Part shown: positions 26,665-36,700 of the stretch, piece by piece
How positions within the stretch are numbered: the first letter of the stretch is position 1
How the letters are laid out: each line of letters starts with the position of its first letter
Origin: a virus
Taxonomy: Duplodnaviria; Caudoviricetes
Strand: one strand, 5' to 3'
IMG/VR virus record: IMGVR_UViG_3300022909_001314
Location: 1 to 46,894 of that record
DNA length: 46,894 bases
The notes under the pieces: model-generated
Seen by the model: the letters and a program-made list of their open reading frames with translations, nothing else
The model's database searches: none
Told to the model about the DNA's origin: nothing
Made by a program: the position numbers and the translations under genes

Positions 26665-28435
26665 TATTACCGTAGATTACCGAAGAGATAACTACTTGTC
26701 AGAGTTTAGTAAAAAAACTTTACAAGATCGTTACCTTATTGATGGAGAGGTTTCACCTCAAGATGCATTTGCTAGAGCTGCAAAAACTTTTGCCTCTAAT
26801 GAAGCTCATGCACAACGATTATACGACTATGCCAGTAAGCTTTGGTTTATGTTTTCTACTCCAATACTTAGTAATGGAGGTACAAAGCGTGGTCTTCCTA
26901 TTAGTTGTTTTCTTAACTATGTCGAGGATAGCCGAGAGGGTATCACAGACCATTACAGAGAAAATGCTTTTCTTTCTTCCGTTGGAGGAGGAATAGGAGG
27001 ATGCTGGAATGACATACGAAGTGTAGGCAGTAAAACTTCGGCGGGGTCTGAGAGCACTGGCGTAATTCCCTTTTTGAAAGTAGTTGACGCAGAAATGCTG
27101 GCATTTAGTCAAGGCGTTACACGCCGAGGAAGCTATGCCGCTTATCTCGATATCTCGCACCCTGAAATTGAAGAATTTTTAGATGTACGAAAGCCTACTG
27201 GCGGAGATATTAACCGTAAATCTACTAATCTACATCATGGTGTGTTGATTGGAGACGAGTTTATGGAGCTTATCGAAAATGCTACTAAAATTCAAGATTT
27301 TGATGATAATTGGAATTTAGTAGATCCGCATACAAAGCGGGTTGTAAAAACCGTATCTGCAAAAGCACTTTGGGTAAAACTTATTCAAAATCGTATTGAA
27401 ACTGGTGAACCTTATGTTATGTTTAAGGATACTGTGCAGGCTGCGTTGCCTGAGTTTCAAAAGGAAAAGGGCTTAAAAGTTCATCACTCAAATCTTTGCA
27501 GTGAAATTACTCTTGCAACTGACGACGATCGCACAGCAGTATGTTGTCTTTCAAGTGTAAATCTAGAGGAGTATGATGAGTGGTGCAACGACAAGTATTT
27601 TATTCCTGATTTGGTTGAAATGCTTGATAATGTACTCACGCATTTTATTGAAAATGCTCCTCATGAACTGTGGAGAGCTATACATAGTGCCGAACAAGAA
27701 CGAAGTATTGGTCTTGGAGCTATGGGTTTTCATGCTTACTTACAACGTCGACATATTCCATTTGAAGGAGTTATGGCAAAGTCTGCAAATATGAGAATGT
27801 TTAAGCATATTAAGAAACAAGCTCAAGAGACTACGGAAAAGCTTGCAGAGCTTCGTGGTCCATGTCCAGATGCTTACCCCCTAATGATAAGAAATGCTCA
27901 TCTTCTTGCGGTTGCTCCAAATGCAAGTTCAAGCATTATTTGCGGTAATACTTCTCCAAGTATTGAACCTTATCGTGCAAATGCGTTCACTCAGAAAACA
28001 AAAAGTGGAACAAGTTTGCAGAAAAACGAATACTTAGAGCATATTCTGCAAGAATTAGGAGAGGATAATCCTGAAGTATGGAAGAGCATAGTTACAAATG
28101 GAGGCTCAGTACAGCACCTGGACTTTTTAGACCAACATACAAAGGATGTATTTAAAACGGCTGTAGAAATAGATCAGAGATGGGTTATTGAAATGGCGGC
28201 AGATCGTCAACAGTATATTTGCCAAAGTCAGTCTTTAAATGTATTTTTTCCTGCAAACGTATCAAAACAAGAACTTCATGCTATTCATATGATGGCATGG
28301 AAGAAAAAAGTAAAAACTCTGTATTATTTGCGTTCCGAAGCATATCGTAGAGCAGAAACAGTATCTGACGAAATGCTACGACAAAAGATATTAGAGAGTA
28401 TGGATGAAAGTAGTTGCCTTGCGTGCGAAGGCTAA
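26654..28435 (+). CDS. nrdA: ribonucleotide reductase class I alpha subunit (short, no ATP cone)
   Basis: STPIL, ISCF, SNLCSEI, CCLSS, APNASSS, KTLYY, CxxC tail; GTG after AGGAG. Confidence 0.95.
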   Translation: MSYNITVDYRRDNYLSEFSKKTLQDRYLIDGEVSPQDAFARAAKTFASNEAHAQRLYDYASKLWFMFSTPILSNGGTKRGLPISCFLNYVEDSREGITDHYRENAFLSSVGGGIGGCWNDIRSVGSKTSAGSESTGVIPFLKVVDAEMLAFSQGVTRRGSYAAYLDISHPEIEEFLDVRKPTGGDINRKSTNLHHGVLIGDEFMELIENATKIQDFDDNWNLVDPHTKRVVKTVSAKALWVKLIQNRIETGEPYVMFKDTVQAALPEFQKEKGLKVHHSNLCSEITLATDDDRTAVCCLSSVNLEEYDEWCNDKYFIPDLVEMLDNVLTHFIENAPHELWRAIHSAEQERSIGLGAMGFHAYLQRRHIPFEGVMAKSANMRMFKHIKKQAQETTEKLAELRGPCPDAYPLMIRNAHLLAVAPNASSSIICGNTSPSIEPYRANAFTQKTKSGTSLQKNEYLEHILQELGEDNPEVWKSIVTNGGSVQHLDFLDQHTKDVFKTAVEIDQRWVIEMAADRQQYICQSQSLNVFFPANVSKQELHAIHMMAWKKKVKTLYYLRSEAYRRAETVSDEMLRQKILESMDESSCLACEG

Positions 28436-28450
28436 GTTACGGAGAAAAAA

Positions 28451-29413
28451 GTGAATAATCTTTTAGAAGAACGCGAATATTACAAGCCGTTTAACTATCC
28501 TTGGGCCTTTGAACATTATAAGTCCCAACAGCATATGCACTGGTTGCCAGATGAAGTCAACCTTGCAGATGACCTTAGAGACTATCGTGATAAGTTGACC
28601 CCTGAGAATCGTCGACTTATTAACCAAATATTTCGATTTTTTACACAGGCAGATGTTGATGTTTGTTGTGGGTATGCCAAGCATTATCTACCAACATTCA
28701 AACAGCCAGAAATAAGAATGATGCTATCTGCTTTTGCAGCTATGGAAGCAGTACACCAAGAAGCCTATTCATTACTACTTGAAACCTTGGGTTTTGATAG
28801 TGATGAATATCAAAAGTTTTTTGAGCATAAAGAAATGCTTGACAAGCATGAGTACCTTTCTGATTTTGGAATGGATACTCCTATAAATATTGCTAAAACA
28901 ATGGCAGTATATAGTGGATTTACAGAAGGAGTACAGCTCTTTAGTAGCTTTGCAATTCTTTTGAATTTTCCACGCCACAACTTGATGAAAGGCATGGGTC
29001 AGATTGTTACATGGAGTATTCGTGATGAAACTCTTCATGTAGAAGGAATGACTCAACTTTTCCGAGAGTTTATTCGGGAAAACCCTGAGCTGTGGAATGA
29101 CGATCTAAAGTATGAGATTTACTGTGCCGCAGAGCGAACAGTAGAGTTAGAGGATGCTTTTATTGATTTGTGTTTTGAAGGAGCAGAAATTCCTGATTTG
29201 ACAGCAAAAGAAGTAAAAGAGTATATTCGATATATTGCAGATCGTAGACTTCTACAGCTCGGAATGAAGAAGATTTTTAAATCAGAAGAAAATCCTCTGC
29301 CTTGGTTAGACTATATGTTAAATGCAGTTGAACATACTAACTTCTTTGAAAACAGAGCTACTGAGTATGCACGTGCGAGCACTACTGGTAACTGGCAAGA
29401 CATTTTTAAATAA
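28451..29413 (+). CDS. nrdB: ribonucleotide reductase class I beta subunit
   Basis: EAVHQEAY, EGVQLFSSF, RDETLH, NFFE. Confidence 0.95.
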   Translation: MNNLLEEREYYKPFNYPWAFEHYKSQQHMHWLPDEVNLADDLRDYRDKLTPENRRLINQIFRFFTQADVDVCCGYAKHYLPTFKQPEIRMMLSAFAAMEAVHQEAYSLLLETLGFDSDEYQKFFEHKEMLDKHEYLSDFGMDTPINIAKTMAVYSGFTEGVQLFSSFAILLNFPRHNLMKGMGQIVTWSIRDETLHVEGMTQLFREFIRENPELWNDDLKYEIYCAAERTVELEDAFIDLCFEGAEIPDLTAKEVKEYIRYIADRRLLQLGMKKIFKSEENPLPWLDYMLNAVEHTNFFENRATEYARASTTGNWQDIFK

Positions 29414-29423
29414 GGAATATTAC

Positions 29424-29621
29424 ATGGAAAATGAAATAAAAGACGAACCAACAGTTGACTTAAAGTTAACAATTGCAGAAGTAAATGCAGCTCTTAGTGC
29501 ACTTGGAGAGCTTCCTGCTAAAACCTCAATGTTTTTAATTCAAAAAATTAAAGACCAAGCGATTCCTCAAGTCGCAGCTCTCGGACTTTTAGTTGAAGAG
29601 CAAGATGATAAAGACGTTTAA
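29424..29621 (+). CDS. small hypothetical protein
   Basis: LTIAEVNAALxALGELP; AAGGA SD before ATG 29424. Confidence 0.7.
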   Translation: MENEIKDEPTVDLKLTIAEVNAALSALGELPAKTSMFLIQKIKDQAIPQVAALGLLVEEQDDKDV

Positions 29622-30246
29622 AAACTTTTTATCAGAGTCCGTTGCAGAGACATTACATAACGGCATTATGACTACCCCAGAACAGTGGTGGTCATATGCC
29701 GTTATGTATACTGGGCTACAAAAAGTAAGATACTTTAAAAATACTTTTGCAGAAAGACAAGCCTTAGAAAGTATTCAGTCTAACATAAATAACAGTTTTA
29801 CTACGGGAAATTTTACATATAAGTTTAAACGTAGTACATCTCATGTAAAAGGGTGTAACTGTTATGAGTGTAATTTTAAAGAAACTTTTCTAAACTCGGA
29901 AGACTTTAAAAACTTCATTTCAGTAGAAACAGGGTTAAAAAATCCAGAGATATACGAAAGTTTTTGCAGTGTATACGAGAAAGGGGATTATTTGAGTATG
30001 CACCCAGACGCAAAAAGAGGCGTAGCTTTTATTTTAAATTTAACAAAAGCCTGGAGACCTGAGTTTGGAGGGTTGCTTCATATAAAGCAAGATGATGATA
30101 CATATAAAGTTATATTTCCAGAATATAATAGTTTAGTATTGCTTCAATTAGGAGAAGCAGGCACTCCGCACTTTGTTAGTGAAGTCAGTGCCTATGCTCC
30201 TATTCCGAGAATAGCTATTTCAGGCTGGTACAATGAAGGGGCATAA
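29605..30246 (+). CDS. 2OG-Fe(II) oxygenase (prolyl-hydroxylase-like)
   Basis: HPD...W.PEFGGLL...NSL...HFV...RIAISGW. Confidence 0.85.
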   Translation: MIKTFKNFLSESVAETLHNGIMTTPEQWWSYAVMYTGLQKVRYFKNTFAERQALESIQSNINNSFTTGNFTYKFKRSTSHVKGCNCYECNFKETFLNSEDFKNFISVETGLKNPEIYESFCSVYEKGDYLSMHPDAKRGVAFILNLTKAWRPEFGGLLHIKQDDDTYKVIFPEYNSLVLLQLGEAGTPHFVSEVSAYAPIPRIAISGWYNEGA

Positions 30247-30257
30247 AGCCCCTTTTT
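30236..30257 (+). terminator. terminator at the convergent module junction
   Basis: AAGGGGC-ATAAA-GCCCCTT plus T-run. Confidence 0.85.
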
Positions 30258-30258
30258 A

Positions 30259-30288
30259 TTAAGCTGGACCCGTTGGACCTGCAACTCC
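30259..30288 (-). pseudogene. collagen-repeat relic (GVAGPTGPA*)
   Basis: No start codon in frame; matches the VAGPTGPA units of the 40093-42255 protein. Confidence 0.55.
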
Positions 30289-30289
30289 T

Positions 30290-30934
30290 TTATGCTAAAG
30301 TAATATTCGCTTGTGTTAAATTTGTAACTAAAGCATCTTTAAATGAAACATTGATAGCCTCTAAATAGCTTCCTGCCCCAATAAGTGTATTTATTTGTTC
30401 TATTACTTCTTTTTCCGTATTAAAACAAATTTGAATTTTTTGTAGTAGTAAGTTCGACCACTCGGTTATTTCCGCATTTGAGGTAGTTCGGTAGACTATA
30501 CCCTCTGTTGTAGAGTATATTTTCCAAACTTGATTATCCGGTCTAATACCCGCCGTAATTGCAGTCTGTACAGATGCTATCTTTCTCTGAGACTCTAGAG
30601 AGCTATCTAACTCATATTCGTTGAGTGCTGCATCTGTCCACAGTATGTTTCTATTTTCATAAAGCCATCTTTCTGCCGGAATATTCTCTCTTCGTTCCTG
30701 GGCTTCTATTCTCATTTGGTCTGCTGTATAATCTGTAATTACCCAAGCACCATTTTCCCAAGTTAAAGTCTGATAGTCAGCAACAGAAGGTCTATCCGTA
30801 ACTTCTGCCCACCCTGCATCTGCAAGTTCTTCCGCCGTAAAAGTTGTATTGTCTGTGCGAGTTCGCCCGTCTGATAGCACAATACGATGTGGTAAGGCTC
30901 GCGGATATGCTCCATTTAAACTGTAAAGTGCCAT
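30290..30934 (-). CDS. tail-fibre-associated protein (DUF4376-like C-terminus)
   Basis: RTD...ELADAGW; RWxxE...ESQ...WK...QxCFxxE. Confidence 0.6.
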   Translation of the reverse strand: MALYSLNGAYPRALPHRIVLSDGRTRTDNTTFTAEELADAGWAEVTDRPSVADYQTLTWENGAWVITDYTADQMRIEAQERRENIPAERWLYENRNILWTDAALNEYELDSSLESQRKIASVQTAITAGIRPDNQVWKIYSTTEGIVYRTTSNAEITEWSNLLLQKIQICFNTEKEVIEQINTLIGAGSYLEAINVSFKDALVTNLTQANITLA

Positions 30935-30965
30935 TTTATGTCTCCTTATATTTTAACGACCATCA

Positions 30966-31661
30966 TTATGTTATGTAGGTTATTGAGTCTGCCAGCAGTC
31001 TAACGGTATATACTTCAGGCGAGTCAACAGACGCCGTTCGACCATCTTCGCTATTAGTTTCGTCTTGATAATTATGCCTTAACGGACACCCAGCAGAAAG
31101 CCATGCTTTAATTTGAGCGTCTGTCATAGCTCCGGTTATAGCGGTATTATCTATTGCTGTTCTTGTTTCTGTAAATGCGCCCGACTGTAAAAAGGTATGG
31201 TCGTCATCGCCTAAGTTAGCAACAGTTGCGCCTGTCAGGTCTTCGGCGTAGTAATTAACGATACTCCCAGCAATAACAAGAGGCGGGTCAAGAAGACTTC
31301 CTTCAAAGTCTCTTTTTACTTCAATTTTTGTTTCTATTCGCAGGTTGCTGTACCCAGTAATTACCTTACCTAGCCACGGCTCGCCTACATCAATGTAACT
31401 ATAAAGAGTATAGTCAGTTGTCGAGGGCTGTATTTTTGTTGATGCGTTAGTCATGTCGGCCGACTGACTAGTGTCTTCTGTGCTGTAGGTGGAGTTCCCG
31501 TACCAGTTCCACAATTGGCTGACGCTTGTAACCGTGGCTTGTAGTTGCGGCCAAGAACCACTTCGCCTATAAGAAGTTGCTTCTCTCAAACCCCAAACAC
31601 CCGAAGCAACATTGTCTGCCGGAATGTTTGATTTTCCTATAATGCCGCCATTGCCTCTCAT
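30966..31661 (-). CDS. putative tail-fibre/adhesin subunit
   Basis: N-terminal NGGIIG...ASGVW anchor-like motif; context. Confidence 0.6.
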   Translation of the reverse strand: MRGNGGIIGKSNIPADNVASGVWGLREATSYRRSGSWPQLQATVTSVSQLWNWYGNSTYSTEDTSQSADMTNASTKIQPSTTDYTLYSYIDVGEPWLGKVITGYSNLRIETKIEVKRDFEGSLLDPPLVIAGSIVNYYAEDLTGATVANLGDDDHTFLQSGAFTETRTAIDNTAITGAMTDAQIKAWLSAGCPLRHNYQDETNSEDGRTASVDSPEVYTVRLLADSITYIT

Positions 31662-31673
31662 AACCTATTCCTA

Positions 31674-32342
31674 TTACCCGATATCAACATAAAATGCTGA
31701 TAATGATTGACGACCAGCGTCAGTGCTCGTTATCGTTGCAGATGCCGGTGTGTCGCCAACTTCATAAAGAATGTAACCAAGCGTTCTTGTTCCAGTGCCA
31801 CTCCCTGAAGAGTCGGTCGCCGTTGTCGCGCCTGAAAACGTCAAAACAGGAGATTGATTAGGTCTTCCTGATAAAAACGCGACTGCTATAGTGAGCGGAG
31901 TTGCTCCCGAAGTAGACAAAGAAACAGATGGCTCACCAGATCCTGCATCAAAGTCAAAATTTCTAGGTGTCAATGAACTTATTGTTTTATATGGTCTAAA
32001 GATAGAAATCATAGATGTAAATCCTTCTGAGACGCTTGGAGTAGCAGTCAAACTACCCGTTGATATATCTGTAGAATCTAATACCTTTGCAAATACATAC
32101 ATTCTTGGGTAATCCACACTATCTCCGTTGCCCACTAGAGTCCATCCAGAAGGTGTAGATAAAGTTGGTGTTTTTAAGTCAAGCGCAAACATTGCAATAG
32201 CAAGATCGCCCGATCTAGCTGAAGGGAGATAACTAACTGTATACGAAGAAACATCGGTAGCATTTGAATCGCCTGTTGATCCTATATATCTCAACTTACT
32301 CACTATTCCGTCATATACGCCATTTGAATTCCAGACTGCCAT
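31674..32342 (-). CDS. putative virion beta-sandwich protein
   Basis: Ser/Thr-rich, GDLxI...TPSGWT. Confidence 0.6.
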   Translation of the reverse strand: MAVWNSNGVYDGIVSKLRYIGSTGDSNATDVSSYTVSYLPSARSGDLAIAMFALDLKTPTLSTPSGWTLVGNGDSVDYPRMYVFAKVLDSTDISTGSLTATPSVSEGFTSMISIFRPYKTISSLTPRNFDFDAGSGEPSVSLSTSGATPLTIAVAFLSGRPNQSPVLTFSGATTATDSSGSGTGTRTLGYILYEVGDTPASATITSTDAGRQSLSAFYVDIG

Positions 32343-33097
32343 TATAAACCGAACCTTCCACGGAGTGCATTATAGTTTTGTAGAACTTCTGTAGGACTTA
32401 AAGAACGATCATAGTAACATACATGGTAAACGCTGCCCTCAAAATATCCATAATCGCCCCAACCTATTCCATCGCCCCTCATGTAAACAGTATTCTTAGC
32501 ACTTGTCAGACCAGTCCTTGCAAACTCGCCGTTTAAATAAAGCGTGGGTTGACGGTTAGTATATACAACCGTAATTAAAGTCGGCACACTACTAGAGATA
32601 GTTGCAGAATGAACCAATAAAGGAGGCATATAAGAACCAGTATGTTCATAAACGCTAACGCCGTTTGTGCCACAAGAAATTCCAGCACCGGCATCATCGT
32701 AAGGACTAGTATTATCAGTTAGAACTGGTCGTATTAAATACTTTTGCCCGCTTGTGCCCGTCGTAGTTGAGTTTGATTCAGTATCAATTTCATGAGTCGC
32801 GGTGGGTCTTGCCCAGACAGAATAGGTGAAATTGTCTGTAACTGTCGTGTAAGCAGTAGCTACATTAAATTGATCAACCGCACCATCAAAAGTAAAATAA
32901 TTAGTTGAAAAGAGTGGCGATCCTGATGAAGTCGCGTCATTTCCCTCGCTTGATAAATCAGTCCAAGTCGATCCAGTCCCAGGATAACTTTCGACATCTC
33001 CTGCATCCAAATACAACACAAGACCATCCATAACAATATTTGTTCCTGGATAAGTTACGCTTTTTCCGATGTATCCGCCTCTTTCAAAGAAACTCAT
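32342..33097 (-). CDS. LamG/concanavalin A-like lectin domain protein
   Basis: DGLVLYLDAG...TWTDLS...FDG...YDRSLS..EVLQNYNA. Confidence 0.82.
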   Translation of the reverse strand: MSFFERGGYIGKSVTYPGTNIVMDGLVLYLDAGDVESYPGTGSTWTDLSSEGNDATSSGSPLFSTNYFTFDGAVDQFNVATAYTTVTDNFTYSVWARPTATHEIDTESNSTTTGTSGQKYLIRPVLTDNTSPYDDAGAGISCGTNGVSVYEHTGSYMPPLLVHSATISSSVPTLITVVYTNRQPTLYLNGEFARTGLTSAKNTVYMRGDGIGWGDYGYFEGSVYHVCYYDRSLSPTEVLQNYNALRGRFGL

Positions 33098-33099
33098 AA

Positions 33100-33465
33100 T
33101 TAGGCATCATCTATAATTTCGTAAGAACACAGAGCTTGGAGGTCACTTGCTACGCTCGCAGTCAGTCTTAACGCATCGCCTTCTTCCAGATAAATTGGGT
33201 TTTCTTTCGCGATCAAAATAAGTGTCGCATCCGCTGGTACTACGACTGTCTTTGCAATGTGGTATGCGACAGAACTGCGGAACAAGTCGGCAGTAATATC
33301 GGCATCGTTTACACCGTCAACATTTGAAATAATCAGAGAGTTGACTTTGTAGACTTTGTCGCTTGCTGACGAATTTGTTGTGATCGCGGTCGCACTAGTT
33401 CCGACTGATTGAACATCTGTCTTACCAGTAATTGATGTTACATTTACTATGTTTGGCGCTGCCAT
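33100..33465 (-). CDS. conserved virion structural protein
   Basis: MAAPNIVNV...VPADATL...IYLEEGD...CSYE. Confidence 0.7.
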   Translation of the reverse strand: MAAPNIVNVTSITGKTDVQSVGTSATAITTNSSASDKVYKVNSLIISNVDGVNDADITADLFRSSVAYHIAKTVVVPADATLILIAKENPIYLEEGDALRLTASVASDLQALCSYEIIDDA

Positions 33466-33479
33466 TTAAATTTCTCCTA

Positions 33480-33728
33480 TTAACCAAAAACTATTGCCAT
33501 CGCAATGGCTTTGCCTGTTGATACACTTGGGCCAGTAGGTCCAGTGGCTCCAGCGGGTCCAGTAGGACCAGTAGAACCAGTAGAACCAGTGGGTCCGGCG
33601 GGTCCGGTAGGCCCAGTGTCTCCCGCACTATCATTTACCCAACTCGTGCCGTTCCACACCCAAGTTTTACTGTTTGCGGTATAACTTTGTCCGTTTGTAG
33701 GGTTAGCTGGAAAGTCTAACGCTGCCAT
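33480..33728 (-). CDS. mini collagen adaptor protein
   Basis: FPxxP...WxWNGxxW head, about 12 Gly-X-Y triplets, [11 protein letters not shown] tail. Confidence 0.75.
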   Translation of the reverse strand: MAALDFPANPTNGQSYTANSKTWVWNGTSWVNDSAGDTGPTGPAGPTGSTGSTGPTGPAGATGPTGPSVSTGKAIAMAIVFG

Positions 33729-33738
33729 TTAATTCTCC

Positions 33739-36700
33739 TTATACTGAACTTGACTTGCCGTTTATTCCAAAGGCCGCGTCAAATTCCCAATATACTGCGT
33801 GACGACCGTTTTCAATTGCTGCTTCTGTATGGCCGCCTATAATAAGTTTATTTCCTACTGCAGAAACTGAAGTGGTAAAGTCATTTGAACCCGTACCAGT
33901 TTGATACTTACTCCAAGTTCCAGTAGTTCGATCTAAAATTGCTATAAAACTATCAAGAAGCCCTGAAGTCACACTATTATCTGCAAAGAAACCTGCACTA
34001 TGTCCTACAATTGCAATTCGACCATCTGGAAGAATGGTACTATGATGCCCATTTTGAGTAACAATATCACTCGTACCAGAACCTGTCTGCCAAGCTTCTT
34101 CTGGGTTTGTATCATCTCCCCAAACGTCTGTAGAGTAATTAAATGTAATAACTCCTATATCTTCTGAACCTAGATTTGTGTTTGTTCCTATTGCTCCGCT
34201 TGTGGAAAATACTGCGGCAAGTTTGTTTCCTCCAATTTCATGTAAACCTACAATTCGGTCATTAAAACCACTTCCCGCTTGGTAATACTCTGTTGTGTGA
34301 GTACTCATATCGTGAATACCTAAAAATAAATCATATCCACCTAAATTCGTATGAGTAGGATCTCCAAGGGTGCCTGTAGAGCGACCTCCAATTGCAATAG
34401 TTGCATCTGCTAATTCTGTTACAGCGTATATCTCTTCGTCTGAAGTAGAGCCGTTTTGAAAATACATAAAGTTTCCTGTAGACTTATTAACATGAAAAAT
34501 TATATAATCATAAACACCAGAAGCTCCTGTATTTACTCTATTAATATCTCCGGAAGTTACGCCTACAGGCACCATCATTCCGCCGCTGTGCTCGATAATA
34601 TCGTATCCGAATACGTTGCCATCATCAGCACTTCCATCTCCTCCTGTAGCAACTTGATAAAAGTTAAACAAAGAAGGAGCATAACAGTAAGGCTTTCCTG
34701 CAGCTACATCAGCTCTATATGAAGCAGAGTTAAAATAAGTTTGAACATCGTCCAAATCTATATAGCCTGTCCAGAACTGAAAAGTACCATTTGGTCCATA
34801 CGAACCATCATAGTTCTCTATTGTAACCGCTGAATTAGCTATAGTAGTGCCCAGACTAGATGGAGTATAGCTACCCACGGAATCCGCAGGAGCACTAATT
34901 GAAGAAAGACTAGTAGCATTCGCAGAGTCTGTAAGAGTGCTCTGCTCATACCACATTGCAGTAGTAGGATTGCCATCAATGTGATAGTTTCCTAAACCAA
35001 GTCCGTGCTTCCAACCTCGAAATAGCATTGCGTCTGTGGCAGAAGAGTGACTTGTTTTTGAACCCACTACTACAAAGTTGTCCAAAGTAGCATCATCCGT
35101 AATTGCAAATAGTTTTTCTACTCCGCCAAAGCTAAGAGTGTTTTGCCATTCTATTGCTCCAGTATTATCATACTGAACTATTAAACCTGCTGAACTTCCT
35201 CGACCATCGGCAGTGGTGTTTCCCGCAATATGAATACGCTTATTTGTTCCTGTTACAGAGTTCCAGTTTGGGTTTGTATAATCTTCTACTGCTAAAGCAT
35301 TAAACTCACAAGAAGCTAAAGAACGTGCCCAAGTTTTTTGAACATTGTATACAAATCCTGCGCTTTCATCAACGTTAAGAAGCATTACATAAGAATTGCT
35401 ATCAATTGTTCCAATTACGACATATTCTGCATCGTCGCCATTAACGTCTGCATCGGTTAGGTGTTTAATGTCTGTAGCTGCATTTGTAGTTCCTGTACCA
35501 AAGTTACCAAGCCACTGAACCATTCTACTTGAACCATCTACTTCTGCAACCCCAAAACGATCTGCTGAACTACCATTAGTTCCCGCAAAACAAAATCGAC
35601 CATCAGTTGCTTCGTTATAACTAACGCTATTGATGTTTAGATTTGATACATTATTTACTTCGTATACTGTCCCGTCTTCATTCAATGCTATCATTGAACA
35701 GCTTGTGCCACTGTTCATTCCAAATACAACATAAGTAGTAGAGGATTTAACTACAGTAGTAATTCCTTTAATTACTTGAGCACCTGATTGACCATAACTA
35801 TTCGCCCAAGTAATTGCACCGTCTGTGTCAAGTTTTAGTACAAAGCCATCCGCACTACCTGTACCTGAAGTAAGCTCCCAAGTAGTACCATCCCAAGTCC
35901 AAGTAGAACTACTTGCAGTATAAGTATCATTTAATGCAGGACTAGTAGGAAACCCACTGTCAGACTGATAAGAACCACAAACGTAAATATTGTCAGAAGC
36001 ATCTACATGAATACCATAGCCTTCCACAGGTGCTGCAGTTCCTGCTTCAAATTTCTTCTGCCATACTTCTTCAAAGTCTTTGTCATATTTAACAATATAA
36101 GTGTAGCCATCATCGTGATTTCCTACAACATAATAGTTTTCGTCTGAATCTGTTGCAATTCCTCTATGGTCAAGTACATTTGAGCCATCACGAATATTTC
36201 TTAAAAATCCGTGTACTTTAATATCTTTCTTAGATACTAACGCAGATTTTGTGTACCCAGTAAACCAAACATTGCCATCACTACTTTCCACAACTCCTGT
36301 GGTAAAATCTGCCCCTAAACCTCCAGCAATTAAATGAATATCTTGTCCAGAGTCTGAAAAATCGAATAAACTTACGAGAATATTAGTACTAGCAGTTCCT
36401 GGAATATCGAGTCCAGAAGCTTGGCCTACACCACATTTTACGCCATTTGAAAGCTCAATTACATGCTCGTAGTATTCTTCTCCTCCTAAATCAACTTCTT
36501 TTACTCGGTAGTAGTCAGGACTTGCTTCTGCATACTCTAAAACTCGTTTATCAGAGGCAATACCTTCAGGCTCCGCAGTAGTATATTTTGTAAAAACTCC
36601 TGTGTCAATATCATAATCTACGTGCCCAGTTGCTTGTGCAGCTTTTACAGTAAATCCATGGTTTGTAGCATCATAGTCTAAGTGAGGGTATCCGGCAAAG

